Both the position numbers and the translations under genes were made by a program. The notes under the pieces were generated by a model. The model was given only the letters and a program-made list of their open reading frames with translations. It did not search any database and was not told the DNA's origin. Below are positions 1 to 10,110 of a DNA stretch of 64,000 nucleotides, in pieces (the first letter of the stretch is position 1; every line of letters starts with the position of its first letter). The stretch is taken from assembly GCA_963771275.1 (NCBI GenBank), contig CAVYSW010000003.1, positions 321,037 through 385,036 of the forward strand, written 5' to 3'. The stretch comes from an uncultured Gemmatimonadales bacterium (lineage in GTDB: Bacteria > Gemmatimonadota > Gemmatimonadetes > Gemmatimonadales > GWC2-71-9).

Positions 1-553
1 TCTGCAGCGCGCTCCACAACCCGTGGTAGAGATGGAACATCAGCATGACCAGCGCCACGAGATACACCACGACCACCGGCACCGACTGGAAGCCGGTGAT
101 CAGGTTCGCGTAGACGTCACCCGGCACGAAATGCGGATGGAGGTTGCCCCACGTGAAGTGCATCAGGTGGTAGACGACGTACAGCCCGATGATCACGCCG
201 CCCCAGCGCATCGTGCGCGAGCTGTAGCTCAGCTCGAGGTGCGGCGTGTTCTTGTAGCCCACCGGCCGCGCCGCCCACGAGCGCAGCGTGAGCTGCGTCG
301 CCGCGAGCACGTGGATGCCCACGCACACGAGGAGCACGATGCGGAACAGCCAGAGGAGCTGCCCGTAGCCGAAAAACGGGGCTCCCAGCGTGCGGAGCCC
401 TTCGGCGTAGTGGTTGAGTTTTTCCGGGCCCCAGAAGGCTTTCAGGTTGCCCAGCATGTGCACGACGACGAAGCCGAAGAACACGGCTCCCGTGATCGCC
501 ATCGCGAACTTCTTGCCGACGGTGGTGCTGTATAAGGCAGCTACCCGACGCAT
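1..553 (-). CDS. sdhC: succinate dehydrogenase/fumarate reductase cytochrome b subunit, b558 type (C-terminal part runs off the window)
   Basis: Absent from the ORF track because it is open at the window edge. The reverse-strand ATG at 553 gives MRRVAALYSTTVGKKFAMAITGAVFFGFVVVHMLGNLKAFWGPEKLNHYAEGLR... The product is multi-TM with spaced His residues (HMLGN, GIHV, YHLMH, FHLYHG), typical of b558 subunits. Confidence 0.75.
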   Translation of the reverse strand, partial: MRRVAALYSTTVGKKFAMAITGAVFFGFVVVHMLGNLKAFWGPEKLNHYAEGLRTLGAPFFGYGQLLWLFRIVLLVCVGIHVLAATQLTLRSWAARPVGYKNTPHLELSYSSRTMRWGGVIIGLYVVYHLMHFTWGNLHPHFVPGDVYANLITGFQSVPVVVVYLVALVMLMFHLYHGLWSALQ

Positions 554-637
554 GGCAGCTCCGTGGGCGATGAATTGGTAAGGACGCCCCATGATACATC
601 GGTGGGACGCGCGCGAGCAAGCGCGCGATCCGGAAGC

Positions 638-1528
638 CTACTGCGCGCGACGCGCGACGGCCTCCAGCGGCGGCAGCACCAGCAGCGTGGCGCCGTCGAG
701 CGACAGCGGGCCGTACTTGACCGACCAGTGGAGGTGCGGTCCGGTGACGCGCCCCGAGCGTCCTACCCGGCCGAGCAGCTGCCCGGCCACGACCGTATCG
801 CCGGCCGCCACCGCCACCTGGCTCAAGTGCATGTACGCCGACACGAGCCCCGCGCCGTGGTTCAGGTACACGATCCGGCCGGCGTAGTAGAAGTTCCCGA
901 CCAGCGCCACGATCCCGCGGTTCGTCGCCACCACGGAGTCGCCGACCCTGCCGTCGAAATCCGTGCCGAGGTGGCGGCTCTGGACCACGCCGTTGAACAC
1001 CCGGCCGATGCCGTAGCCGCTGGTCACGGGGCTCGCGCGGGGCGCGCGGAACGCACCCTGCCAGAGCCGGGGCATCACCAACGCGTGCTGCGACACCGCG
1101 CGCGCGAGCCCGGACTCGCGCGCGATCCGCGCGGCGAGGGCGGAATCGGGTGGGCGCGTGAATTCCGGCGCGACGCTGAGGCGTTCCGAGGGGAAATGCG
1201 CCGGGCGCACGGGCAGCGACGCCGCGACGCGCATCGCGCGCCCGCCAGCCCGCTCGAGCACCACGCTCACCGCGACGGAATCCGGCGCGTCGACGGCCAC
1301 GCCCGCGAGCGCCACGAAGGTCGAGTCGTCGCCGGGCGTGAAGATCAACGGTGTGCCGGCGAGCACGCCACGGACCGCTCGCACGCCGTCTCCGACCGGC
1401 GCCCGCACCACGACGTAGGTGAAGGCGCCCTGCCGCGGCACCTCGCGCAGCCACCCGACGTCAGCCTGCTGCGCCGCGAGCGGCAGCGGCAGGCAGAGCA
1501 CGCACACCAGCCTCAGGGTTCGACCCAT
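638..1528 (-). CDS. M23 family metallopeptidase (LytM-like), secreted
   Basis: 296-aa ORF with signal peptide MGRTLRLVCVLCLPLPLAAQ. M23 motifs are present: HLGTDFDG, NHGAGLVSAYMHLS and GPHLHWSV. Confidence 0.85.
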   Translation of the reverse strand: MGRTLRLVCVLCLPLPLAAQQADVGWLREVPRQGAFTYVVVRAPVGDGVRAVRGVLAGTPLIFTPGDDSTFVALAGVAVDAPDSVAVSVVLERAGGRAMRVAASLPVRPAHFPSERLSVAPEFTRPPDSALAARIARESGLARAVSQHALVMPRLWQGAFRAPRASPVTSGYGIGRVFNGVVQSRHLGTDFDGRVGDSVVATNRGIVALVGNFYYAGRIVYLNHGAGLVSAYMHLSQVAVAAGDTVVAGQLLGRVGRSGRVTGPHLHWSVKYGPLSLDGATLLVLPPLEAVARRAQ

Positions 1529-1599
1529 GCACCTAAGGTAAGCACGGCCGGGCCGATGACGAAGCCTGGGCCCAGCTGGTCAGCGGCCACGCGCGAGGC

Positions 1600-4428
1600 T
1601 CACCGGTCGTCGAGCCCCAAGGTCTTTCCCTTCTCCGTCGCCGGGATGCCCTCGCGCAGCCAGCGCGGGGCCGGCGCGTCCATCAGGTAGTGGTCGAAGA
1701 ACTGCTGCAGCCGGATGTTCCAGTCGCGCCGGTTGGCGTAGGTGGTCGGCCAATGCGGCTCGCCGTTGTAACTCACCAGCCACGCGGGTTTCTCCAGGCG
1801 GCGCATTGCCGTGAACAGCGCGATCCCCTCCTGCCAGGGCACGGCGCCGTCCTGGTCGTTGGCCAGGATGAGGAGCGGCGTCGCGACCTTGTCCAGCTGG
1901 AACAGCGGCGAATTCTCGAGATACAGGTACGGCGCCTCCCACAGACTCGCGCCGATGCGGCTCTGGGTGTGCTCGTACTGGAACATCCGGCTGAGGCCCG
2001 TCTCCCAGCGGATGCCGCCGTAGGCGCTCGTCATGTTCACCACCGGGGCGCCGGCCGCGGCGGCGTGGAACAGATTCGTCCGGGTCACCATGTAGGCGAT
2101 CTGGTACCCGCCCCAGCTGTGCCCCTGGACCCCGATGCGCGCGGAATCGACGAAGCCCCGGTGGACCAGCTCGAGCACGCCGGGCACGACCGCGTCCATG
2201 GCGCTCGGCCCCGGCACGCCGATTCGATAGCGCACGTCCGGCAGAAACACGAGATACCCGCGGCTGGCGTAGAACGACGGCTGGATGGTGGAGCGGTGCG
2301 GCAAAGGCGCCCGATAGGCATGCAGGCCATCCGAACTCCGCTCGTAGAAGTTGACGAGCATGGGGTAGCGCCTGCCGGGATCGAAGTCGTCGGGCTTGTA
2401 GAGCAAACCCTGGAGCGGCGTGCCGTCCGTGCCACGCCACTCCACCAGCTCGACAGTCGCCCAGCGGTAGTCCGCCTGCTGCGGATTGGCGTCGCTCAGC
2501 TTTCGCATGTCGGCCATGCCGGCGCCGGAGGCCCAGAGATCCGGGAACTCGCTCACCGATTCGCGGGTGAACAGGAGCACGTCCGCCCGCTCGGCACGCT
2601 GCGGCGTCGAGAACCGCCGCTCCATCCACACGAGTCGCTCGGGCGCGCGGGCGCCGCGCACGCGATCGCGGTAGAAGCCGCTCTGCTTGGTGTGCTCGTC
2701 AAACCCCGCGAGCAGGAGCGGGGCGTCCTCGGCCATGGTCTCGCGCTCGGGGTCGAGGTCCACCACGCGGAGGCGCACGCCCGCGCGGCGGCCTGCTTCC
2801 TCAGTGACGCAGCGCGGCGCCGCCGCTCCCGTCGGATCCACAGCCCAGACGTCGTAGCGGTCGTAGACCAGCAGCTGGCGGTCGCCGTCCGTCCAGCCGG
2901 CGCTGCCGTAGGGCGACGCCGGCTCCGGGGTGTCGTTCTCCTCGTCGAACAGCGGATACGGGAAGCCCGCGGTCGCGTTCACGACCTTGCCGCTCCGCGT
3001 GTCCCGCACCTGCCACGCCTGGCCGATCGGGTCGTACCAGGCGAGGTACGCGCCGGTCGGTGACAGCCGAGCACGGGCGGGGCTCCGCTCCAGCGCGAGG
3101 CCGCGCGTTCCGGTGTGGAGGTCCACGAGGTAGATGTCACTGTACCCCGGGACTTCCCACGACGTGAGGATGCGGTACGCGCGGTCGTCGTCGCCCACGG
3201 CGTACGGACCGTCGCCGTCACGGGGGAGCGTGACGTCGGCCATCGCGGAGTCCGCGAGCTGCCGCACGGTCCCGTCCGCGACGCGCGCGACGGCGAGGTA
3301 GGTCCGCCGGCGCTCGCGCTCCACCTGCTTGAGCTGAGCCGGCTGGAGCACCGGATCCTGCCAGTGCCAGATGTCCACCTTGACGCGCTGGTCGTCGGGC
3401 GTGCTGTCCTCGCGGACGGGCTCCGCCCAGGGGGCGACGCCAAAGAACAGCCGCGCACCGCTCTTGGAGAACGACGGCGCGCGATGCTCGCTCACCGCCC
3501 ACCCGTCCCGGATCCCGGCGGTGCCCTGCGCGGCCACCTGCGTGGCGGCAGGGGTCCCGAGCCGCCAGCGGTACAGCGCGGACCTGGGCTGCTTCGCCTC
3601 CGCGTCGTCGCGCGTGGTGAGAAACGCCAGCTGCTCGCCGCGCTCGTCGAACGCCAGGGACTTGTACGTGCCGCGTCCCTCCACGATGCGGGCGACGGCG
3701 CCCGACGTGAGGTCGACCACGGAGACGCCGTCCGAATCTCCCAGGCGGCTGGACAGCGCCAGAGCGAGCCGCTGGCCATCGCGATCGAACCGGTATTCCA
3801 TGACCGCGTCGAACCGGCGCTCGGCGCCGGTGGCGAGGTTGCGCAGCACCAGGGGCGTTCCGGTTTCCGCTTCCTTCTTGGGCTGGGGCCCCGTGGTGTC
3901 CGCCTTGGACCTGGGTGTGGCGCTGTCGGCGCGAGGGGCCTTGCCGCTATCGGGCTTCGCGCGGGGACGCTCCAGCAGGTAGGCGACCCAGCTCCCGGTC
4001 TGTGGTGGTGTCTGGAACGAGCGCACGCGGTCCAGCTTCGTCACGGCACCCGACGCGAGGTCGAGAATGCCGAGCGAGTCCCTCGGCATGTCTTCCGGCT
4101 TCTGCTTGGCGCGGCGCGCCGCCTGCACGGCGGCGAACTCCGGCTTGATCGTGAAGACGGCGAACCGGGCGTCGGCGGAGAACCTGGCGTCGCGGCCGCG
4201 CGGCACGGTGTGCTCGGCGCCGCCGGCGACCGCCCGGATCTTCAGGACGGCATCGCCCTGCTGCACCTCGAGGACGTACGACACCCAGCGGCCATCGCGC
4301 GACAGCGTGTCCTGGGTGATCGTCTTCCAGATGTCGTACGCCTCGTGGCCAAGCTGGCGCTTCTGGGCGGCCAGGGGAGTGGGCAGCAATCCGGCGAGCG
4401 ACAGCAGCGTGACGAGGAGCCGTGGCAT
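1600..4428 (-). CDS. S9 family prolyl oligopeptidase/dipeptidyl aminopeptidase with N-terminal beta-propeller
   Basis: Start reset to MPRLLVTLLSLAGLLPTPLAAQ (ATG at 4428). The C-terminal alpha/beta hydrolase carries the nucleophile motif GHSWGGYQ, and the long N-terminal region looks propeller-like. Confidence 0.85.
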   Translation of the reverse strand: MPRLLVTLLSLAGLLPTPLAAQKRQLGHEAYDIWKTITQDTLSRDGRWVSYVLEVQQGDAVLKIRAVAGGAEHTVPRGRDARFSADARFAVFTIKPEFAAVQAARRAKQKPEDMPRDSLGILDLASGAVTKLDRVRSFQTPPQTGSWVAYLLERPRAKPDSGKAPRADSATPRSKADTTGPQPKKEAETGTPLVLRNLATGAERRFDAVMEYRFDRDGQRLALALSSRLGDSDGVSVVDLTSGAVARIVEGRGTYKSLAFDERGEQLAFLTTRDDAEAKQPRSALYRWRLGTPAATQVAAQGTAGIRDGWAVSEHRAPSFSKSGARLFFGVAPWAEPVREDSTPDDQRVKVDIWHWQDPVLQPAQLKQVERERRRTYLAVARVADGTVRQLADSAMADVTLPRDGDGPYAVGDDDRAYRILTSWEVPGYSDIYLVDLHTGTRGLALERSPARARLSPTGAYLAWYDPIGQAWQVRDTRSGKVVNATAGFPYPLFDEENDTPEPASPYGSAGWTDGDRQLLVYDRYDVWAVDPTGAAAPRCVTEEAGRRAGVRLRVVDLDPERETMAEDAPLLLAGFDEHTKQSGFYRDRVRGARAPERLVWMERRFSTPQRAERADVLLFTRESVSEFPDLWASGAGMADMRKLSDANPQQADYRWATVELVEWRGTDGTPLQGLLYKPDDFDPGRRYPMLVNFYERSSDGLHAYRAPLPHRSTIQPSFYASRGYLVFLPDVRYRIGVPGPSAMDAVVPGVLELVHRGFVDSARIGVQGHSWGGYQIAYMVTRTNLFHAAAAGAPVVNMTSAYGGIRWETGLSRMFQYEHTQSRIGASLWEAPYLYLENSPLFQLDKVATPLLILANDQDGAVPWQEGIALFTAMRRLEKPAWLVSYNGEPHWPTTYANRRDWNIRLQQFFDHYLMDAPAPRWLREGIPATEKGKTLGLDDR

Positions 4429-4526
4429 GATCGTGTCCCGGTGACGAGATTGCACAACGTTCGCCATGCGTCGTTCGTAAGGGAAGTTGTCCCTTCACCG
4501 TCTTCACGATCGTCCCGGAGCACATC

Positions 4527-6152
4527 ATGCGGTCACTCGTCACTCGAGGGTTGGCGGTCGCGCTGCTGCTCGCGCCCGCCGGCGCGGTCGCGCAGAGCTT
4601 TCCCACCGACAACCCGGTCCTCAAGAGGATCTGGGAAGAGGGGATGGACCGGTCGCAGACCGCCACGTTGCTGCAGACCTTGACCGACTCGATCGGCCCC
4701 CGGCTCACCGGATCGCCGAATCTCAAGGCCGGCAGCGACTGGCTCATCGCGCTATACACCAAGTGGGGCGTGCCCGCCCGTGCGGAGCAGTACGGCACGT
4801 GGCTGGGGTGGCGCCGTGGCCCGAGCCACATCGACCTGATCCGTCCCCGGGTGCGCTCGCTCGAGGGAACGATGCTCGCCTGGAGCCCCGCGACGCCGAA
4901 GGGGAAGCCGATCGAGGCCGATGTGGTGCTGCTCCCCGATCTTGCCGACAGCGTGGCCTACGCCAAGTGGCTGCCGCAGATCAAGGGCAAGCTCGTGGCG
5001 ATCTCGTTCCCGCAGCCCACCTGCCGTCCCGACGAGGCGTGGCAGGAGTACACCGGGCCGGACGCGACCGACCGCATGATCGCGCGGTTCACCGGGGGGC
5101 GCGCGGCGCCCAGCGTGTTCGACCAGATGCGGGCCGAGCGCGCCGTGGCCGACAGCGCGTGGCGGCAGCGGATCACGAAGTCGGGCTACAATGCGCGCAC
5201 GCTCCCCGGCGCGCTCGAGCGGGCCGGCGCGGCGGGCATCCTGTCGTCCGAATGGCCCAACGGCTACGGCGCGACGCGGATCTTCCAGGCGCGCACCGAG
5301 AAGGTCCCGACGTTCTCCCTGAGCTGCGAGGACTACGGCCTGGTGGCGCGGCTGGCGGAGCACAACCAGGGGCCGGTGGTGCGGATGGACGCGGACGCCG
5401 AGTTCCTCGGGAACGTGCCCACGATCAACACGGTCGCGGAGCTCAAGGGCAGCGAGAAGCCGAACGAGTACGTGGTGCTGTCAGCACACTTCGACTCGTG
5501 GGACGGCGGGTCGGGCGCCACGGATAACGGCACCGGGACCATCATCATGATGGAGGCCATGCGGATCCTGAAGATCGCGTACCCGCATCCCAAGCGCACG
5601 ATCATCGTGGGGCATTGGAACAGCGAGGAGCAGGGGTTGAACGGCTCGGCGGCCTTCGCGCACGATCACGCCGACGTGGTGCAGGGCCTCCAGGCCCTGT
5701 TCAACCAGGACAACGGGACCGGGCGGATCGCCAGCTTCTCGCCGCTGGGGATGGAGAGCTCGAGCGAGTTCGTGGGCCGGTGGGTGGGACAGCTCCCCAC
5801 CGAGCTGAGCCGGGGATTGCGGCTCGATCTGCCGGGCCAGCCGTCGGGTGGTGGGAGCGACCACGCGTCGTTCATCTGCGCGCCCGCGCCGGCGTTCTCG
5901 CTGGGATCGGACTCGTGGGACTATTTCAGCTACACGTGGCACACCAACATGGACACGTTCGACAAGGTGGTGCTGGACAACGTACGGCGGAACGCGGTGC
6001 TCACGGCGATGCTGGCGTACCTTGCGTCGGAGGATCCGCAGACGACCCCCCGCGTGCAGCGCGTGCTGCCGGTGAATCCGCGCACCGGGCAGCCGGGCAC
6101 CTGGCCGCAGTGCCGTGACGGGATGCGCACCGGGCCCACGCCGAATCAGTAG
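4527..6152 (+). CDS. M28 family aminopeptidase (PA domain plus M28 core), secreted
   Basis: Signal peptide MRSLVTRGLAVALLLAPAGAVAQ. Metal-binding region HFDSWDGGSGATDNGTGTIIMMEAMRIL, followed by NSEEQGLNGS and GGGSDHASF. Confidence 0.85.
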   Translation: MRSLVTRGLAVALLLAPAGAVAQSFPTDNPVLKRIWEEGMDRSQTATLLQTLTDSIGPRLTGSPNLKAGSDWLIALYTKWGVPARAEQYGTWLGWRRGPSHIDLIRPRVRSLEGTMLAWSPATPKGKPIEADVVLLPDLADSVAYAKWLPQIKGKLVAISFPQPTCRPDEAWQEYTGPDATDRMIARFTGGRAAPSVFDQMRAERAVADSAWRQRITKSGYNARTLPGALERAGAAGILSSEWPNGYGATRIFQARTEKVPTFSLSCEDYGLVARLAEHNQGPVVRMDADAEFLGNVPTINTVAELKGSEKPNEYVVLSAHFDSWDGGSGATDNGTGTIIMMEAMRILKIAYPHPKRTIIVGHWNSEEQGLNGSAAFAHDHADVVQGLQALFNQDNGTGRIASFSPLGMESSSEFVGRWVGQLPTELSRGLRLDLPGQPSGGGSDHASFICAPAPAFSLGSDSWDYFSYTWHTNMDTFDKVVLDNVRRNAVLTAMLAYLASEDPQTTPRVQRVLPVNPRTGQPGTWPQCRDGMRTGPTPNQ

Positions 6153-6181
6153 GCATCGGGCTGCTGAGATCCGCAGAAAGC

Positions 6182-6207
6182 GAGAGGTGGGCGGGTGCCC
6201 ACCTTTC
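6182..6207. terminator. stem-loop between convergent M28 and DoxX genes (candidate bidirectional terminator)
   Basis: gagAGGTGGGC-gggt-GCCCACCTttc forms 8 perfect bp, extendable to 11 with one G:U. It is followed by T-rich ttcgtcgttgt on + and gctttctg on -. Confidence 0.4.
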
Positions 6208-6233
6208 GTCGTTGTGGCGTCTTGGTCGCGGCA

Positions 6234-6701
6234 TCACCTCGCGGCTCCACCTCCGGCACCCCGCGCCGTCAGCGCCCGGTCCACCGACCACGCGCCTCCA
6301 CCACCGATCACCAACGCCACGGCCATTGCCACCGCGAGGATGTGGAACTCGAAGCCCTCACCCTTCTGGTTGCCGCCCCAGTTCATGAAGAAGCCGTTGC
6401 CAAGGTGGTTGAGGTAGACCGCGCAGATCATCTCGATCGCGATGCCCGCCGCCCACACGCGGGTGAGCACGCCCGCGACGAGTCCGAAGGCGCCAACGAA
6501 CTCGGCGATGATGACCAGCACCGTGAGGTAGACCGGAATCCCCCAGGTCTGCTGGAAGAACGCAATGGTGCCGCTCACGCCACCGCCGCCGAACCATCCC
6601 AGGAGCTTTTGCGCGCCGTGCGGGAAGAACACGACGGCCAGCAGGACGCGGAGCACCGTGAATGCCGCGTCGTTTCGTGTCGCCATGAGCCTGTTCAACA
6701 T
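6234..6701 (-). CDS. DoxX family membrane protein
   Basis: Start reset to MLNRLMATRNDAAFTVLRVLLAVVFFPHGAQKLLGWFGG (ATG at 6701), preceded by AGGAGG. Four predicted TM helices with a DoxX-like HGxxK motif. Confidence 0.8.
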   Translation of the reverse strand: MLNRLMATRNDAAFTVLRVLLAVVFFPHGAQKLLGWFGGGGVSGTIAFFQQTWGIPVYLTVLVIIAEFVGAFGLVAGVLTRVWAAGIAIEMICAVYLNHLGNGFFMNWGGNQKGEGFEFHILAVAMAVALVIGGGGAWSVDRALTARGAGGGAAR

Positions 6702-6774
6702 CACCTGCCTCCTGTCATTCCCGCGCCCCGGCGTCAGCCGATAGCCGAGTGACCGACGCTGCGTGTTGGCCGAT

Positions 6775-8076
6775 CTACCGGGCCGCACCCTTCAGGTAAT
6801 CCAGCAGCAGCGTGGACATCGCTCGCATGCCGATCGGGATCATGCTGTCGTCTGCCAGATAGGTCGGGCTGTGGTGATCGCCCGACGTCGTGCCCGGCTT
6901 CACCTGTCCCAGGCGGAAGTAGAACCCCGGCACCGCGCGCGCGAAGAACGCGAAGTCCTCGCTTACCATGCCGGGTTCCACCCGGAGCACGTTGTCCGCC
7001 CCGACGACCCGCTGCAGCGTGGGCACCATGCGCGCGGTCAGGGCGGTGTCGTTGATCGTGGCGGGGATGATCCGCTGATACTCGAAGTCGAACGAGCCAC
7101 CGCCGGCCGCGGTGATGCCGGTCAGGATCGCGCGCATCCGCCGCTCGATCAGGTCCTGCGCCGCCGGGCTGTAGGTGCGCACCGTCCCGCCGAGCTCGAC
7201 CTCACCCGGGATGATGTTGAACCGCTGGCCGCCGCGCACGATGCCGATGGTGATCACCGCCGGCTCGAGCGGCGGCAGGTTGCGCGAGTGGATCGTCTGG
7301 ATCGCGAGGATCGCCTCCGCCGCCATGACGATCGGGTCCACGCTGAGCTGCGGCGACGCGCCGTGGGCCTGCGTCCCGTGGATCACGACGTGAAACTGAT
7401 CGGCCGCCGCGAGCGCCGCCCCGGCCGTGTAGGCCACCTTGCCGACGCCGAGGCTCGCCATGGTGTGCAGGCCGAAGATGGCCGCCGGCCGCGGGCCCGC
7501 AAAGGCGCCTTCCTTGAGCATCAGCTCCGCGCCACCCTCTTCTCCGGGCGGCGGGCCTTCCTCGGCGGGCTGGAAGATGAACAGCACGGTGCCGGGCAGG
7601 TCCCGCCGCATGGACGCGAGCACCGACGCCACGCCGAGCTGCACCGAGGTGTGAATGTCGTGGCCGCAGGCATGCGCCACGCCCACCTCCTGGCCGAGGT
7701 AGGTCGAGCGCACCGTGGACTTGAACGGGAGCGGCGTGTCTTCCGTGACGGGGAGCGCGTCCATGTCGGCGCGCACGGCGACCACCGGTCCCGGCTTCCC
7801 GCCGCGCAGCACGCCGACCACGCCGGTGTGCGCGACGCCGGTCCGCACCTCGTCCAACCCCAGCGACCGCAGGTAATCGGCCACGAGCTTCGCGGTCTCG
7901 AATTCCCGGTTCCCCAGCTCCGGGTGCTGGTGGATCTGGTGGCGAATCTCGGTCAGGGCCGGCGCGAACCGGTCGACCGCCGCCGCGATATCCCGATCGC
8001 CGGTCTGCGCGACCATAATGGCCGGGGTGGCGACGGAGACGAAGAACCCCAGCACGGCCGTCCGCGGGAAACGCAT
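6775..8076 (-). CDS. M20 family amidohydrolase (N-acyl-amino acid amidohydrolase/hippurate hydrolase-like), with signal peptide
   Basis: 433-aa ORF with motifs HQHPELGNREFET, HACGHDIHT and FQPAEEG. Confidence 0.85.
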   Translation of the reverse strand: MRFPRTAVLGFFVSVATPAIMVAQTGDRDIAAAVDRFAPALTEIRHQIHQHPELGNREFETAKLVADYLRSLGLDEVRTGVAHTGVVGVLRGGKPGPVVAVRADMDALPVTEDTPLPFKSTVRSTYLGQEVGVAHACGHDIHTSVQLGVASVLASMRRDLPGTVLFIFQPAEEGPPPGEEGGAELMLKEGAFAGPRPAAIFGLHTMASLGVGKVAYTAGAALAAADQFHVVIHGTQAHGASPQLSVDPIVMAAEAILAIQTIHSRNLPPLEPAVITIGIVRGGQRFNIIPGEVELGGTVRTYSPAAQDLIERRMRAILTGITAAGGGSFDFEYQRIIPATINDTALTARMVPTLQRVVGADNVLRVEPGMVSEDFAFFARAVPGFYFRLGQVKPGTTSGDHHSPTYLADDSMIPIGMRAMSTLLLDYLKGAAR

Positions 8077-8111
8077 CGTTACGCACTCCTTCAGAGTGTG
8101 CCGGTGATCTG

Positions 8112-9164
8112 GTGGGGGATGACGGCAAGATATCCCGCCCGCCGGCTGGTGCCAGTGGCGCGTCCCGCCCCGGCCACTATCATACCGCCGTGCCTCCCCT
8201 GCTCGTCGCGCTCCTGTTCATCGTCCTGGGCGTCGCCCTTCTGGCGGCCGGGGGCGATGTCCTGGTCCGGGGATCGGTTTCGCTCGCCAGGCTGCTCAAG
8301 GTGAGCACGGCGGTCATCGGCCTCACGGTCGTGGCGGCCGGCACCTCGGCGCCGGAGCTGGCGGTGAGCTTCGTCGCGGCCCTCCAGGGACGATCGGACA
8401 TCGCGGTCGCCAACGTGGTCGGCTCGAATATCTTCAACGTCGCGGTGATCCTCGGCGCGGCGGCGGTGGTGGTGCCGCTCGTGGTGCACGTGACGGCGGT
8501 GCGGCTCGAGTGGCCGTTCATGTTCGTGACGTCCTTCATGTTCCTGCTGCTCGCCCGGGACGGACTGCTGGACCGGCTCGAGGGCGGGTTCTTGCTTGTC
8601 GGATTCGCCGGCTTCACCGCCTACATGGTGCGGCTGGCGCGCCGCGAGGTCACACCGCCGGAATCCGCCGAGCTGGAGGCCGGCTTCGCGACCAAGCTCA
8701 CGCGGCCCCGCGCGCACCAAGCCGCCCTCGACGTGGGGCTCGTCGTGCTCGGCCTCGGTCTGCTCGTCGCCGGCGGCCAGGTGCTGGTGCGCGGTGCCGT
8801 GACCATCGCGGAGCTGGCGGGCATGTCGGAGCGCGTGATCGGCCTCACGATCGTCGCCGCCGGCACGAGCATGCCGGAGCTCGCCACGTCGATCATCGCG
8901 GCGCGCCGTGGGCAGGCGGACATCGCGCTCGCCAACATCATCGGGTCGAACATCTTCAACATCGCCGGCATCCTGGGGATCGTCGCGCTGGTCCGGCCGC
9001 AGCATGTCAATCCACAGATCATCGCGAGCGACGCCTGGTGGATGGTCGGGACCGCCCTGATCCTGTGGCCGCTGATGCGGAGCGGGATGAAGATCGGGAG
9101 GCTCGAGGGCCTGCTGTTGCTGGCGGGGTACGGCGTCTACCTGACCCTGCTGCTGGGCCGGTAG
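8112..9164 (+). CDS. calcium/sodium:cation antiporter (CaCA family, YrbG-like)
   Basis: Two alpha-repeats (GTSAPELAVS and GTSMPELATS) in a roughly 10-TM protein. The true start may be the in-frame GTG at 8190 (VPPLLVALLF...). Confidence 0.85.
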   Translation: MGDDGKISRPPAGASGASRPGHYHTAVPPLLVALLFIVLGVALLAAGGDVLVRGSVSLARLLKVSTAVIGLTVVAAGTSAPELAVSFVAALQGRSDIAVANVVGSNIFNVAVILGAAAVVVPLVVHVTAVRLEWPFMFVTSFMFLLLARDGLLDRLEGGFLLVGFAGFTAYMVRLARREVTPPESAELEAGFATKLTRPRAHQAALDVGLVVLGLGLLVAGGQVLVRGAVTIAELAGMSERVIGLTIVAAGTSMPELATSIIAARRGQADIALANIIGSNIFNIAGILGIVALVRPQHVNPQIIASDAWWMVGTALILWPLMRSGMKIGRLEGLLLLAGYGVYLTLLLGR

Positions 9165-9252
9165 GACCCGGCGGCATCGCCGCCGACCGAACGTCGTCCC
9201 GACCGCAAGAATCGGGTTGAGCCGGCCCCCCACATCCGCCACATTCCAGCCC

Positions 9253-10110
9253 ATGCGAACCAACGACTACGAGCGGATCGCCCGCGCCATCGCGTACCTC
9301 GAGGACCACGCGGCCGAGCAGCCGTCGCTCGGCGCTGTGGCCCGGGCGGCGGGCCTGAGCGCGTTCCACTTCCAGCGGCTGTTTCGCCGCTGGGCGGGCG
9401 TCAGCCCCAAGCGGTTTCTCCAGTTCGTCACGGCGCAGCGCGCCAAGGGCAGACTCCAGGGGGGTGGCACCGTGCTCGAGACCGCCTACGACGTCGGACT
9501 CTCCGGCCCCGGCCGGTTGCACGATCTGCTGGTGAGCACCGAGGCGGTGACGCCGGGGCAGGTGCGCGCGGCGGGCGCGGGCCTCGAGATCCGCTGGGGG
9601 CGGCACGCCACGCCGTTCGGTGACTGCGTGATCGCCGCGACGCCGCGCGGCGTGTGCCACTTGAGCTTCCACCAGCGCGACGACATCGAGCCGGGGATCG
9701 AGCGACTGCGGCGGGACTGGCCGGCGGCCCGGCTGATCCGCGACCAGGTGGGGACGGCCCGACTGGCCGCTCGCGTCTTCAGGACCGGGCGCGAGCGACC
9801 GGGGACACCGCTCGCGCTTCACGTGCGCGGCACCAACTTCCAACTCAAGGTCTGGGAGGCGCTGCTCCGCGTTCCCGCCGCGGAAACGACGACTTACGGG
9901 ACGATCGCCGCGGCCGTGGGTGCACCGGGTGCCGCGCGCGCGGTGGGGAGCGCCATCGGCGACAACCCGATCGCGTTCGTGATTCCCTGCCACCGCGTGC
10001 TCCGGGGCACGGGCGCGCTGGGCGGCTATCGCTGGGGCCTGGAGCGGAAGCGGGCGATGCTGGCGTGGGAGGCCGCGCGCGGAGCGGCGGCGACCGCGGC
10101 TACCGGCTGA
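9253..10110 (+). CDS. AraC-type HTH fused to methylated-DNA-protein-cysteine methyltransferase (Ada/Ogt-like)
   Basis: Start reset to MRTNDYERIARAIAYLEDH (ATG at 9253). AraC HTH region: SLGAVARAAGLSAFHFQRLFRRWAGVSPKRF. The C-terminal MGMT domain has the active site IPCHRV. Confidence 0.8.
   Translation: MRTNDYERIARAIAYLEDHAAEQPSLGAVARAAGLSAFHFQRLFRRWAGVSPKRFLQFVTAQRAKGRLQGGGTVLETAYDVGLSGPGRLHDLLVSTEAVTPGQVRAAGAGLEIRWGRHATPFGDCVIAATPRGVCHLSFHQRDDIEPGIERLRRDWPAARLIRDQVGTARLAARVFRTGRERPGTPLALHVRGTNFQLKVWEALLRVPAAETTTYGTIAAAVGAPGAARAVGSAIGDNPIAFVIPCHRVLRGTGALGGYRWGLERKRAMLAWEAARGAAATAATG

Noticed and set aside
117-1454. A 445-aa minus-strand ORF, and similar long alternative-frame or antisense ORFs (e.g. 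1690-3063, 3115-4683, 8091-9263, 11264-13186, 16615-18189, 24288-26063, 35516-37633, 37633-39408, 39466-41478, 44844-46907, 49151-51250, 49972-52560).
   Set aside because: All have extreme Arg/Ala/Gly/Pro composition and lack motifs. Each overlaps an ORF in another frame or strand that has strong family signatures. They are stop-codon-poor frames expected at this GC content.
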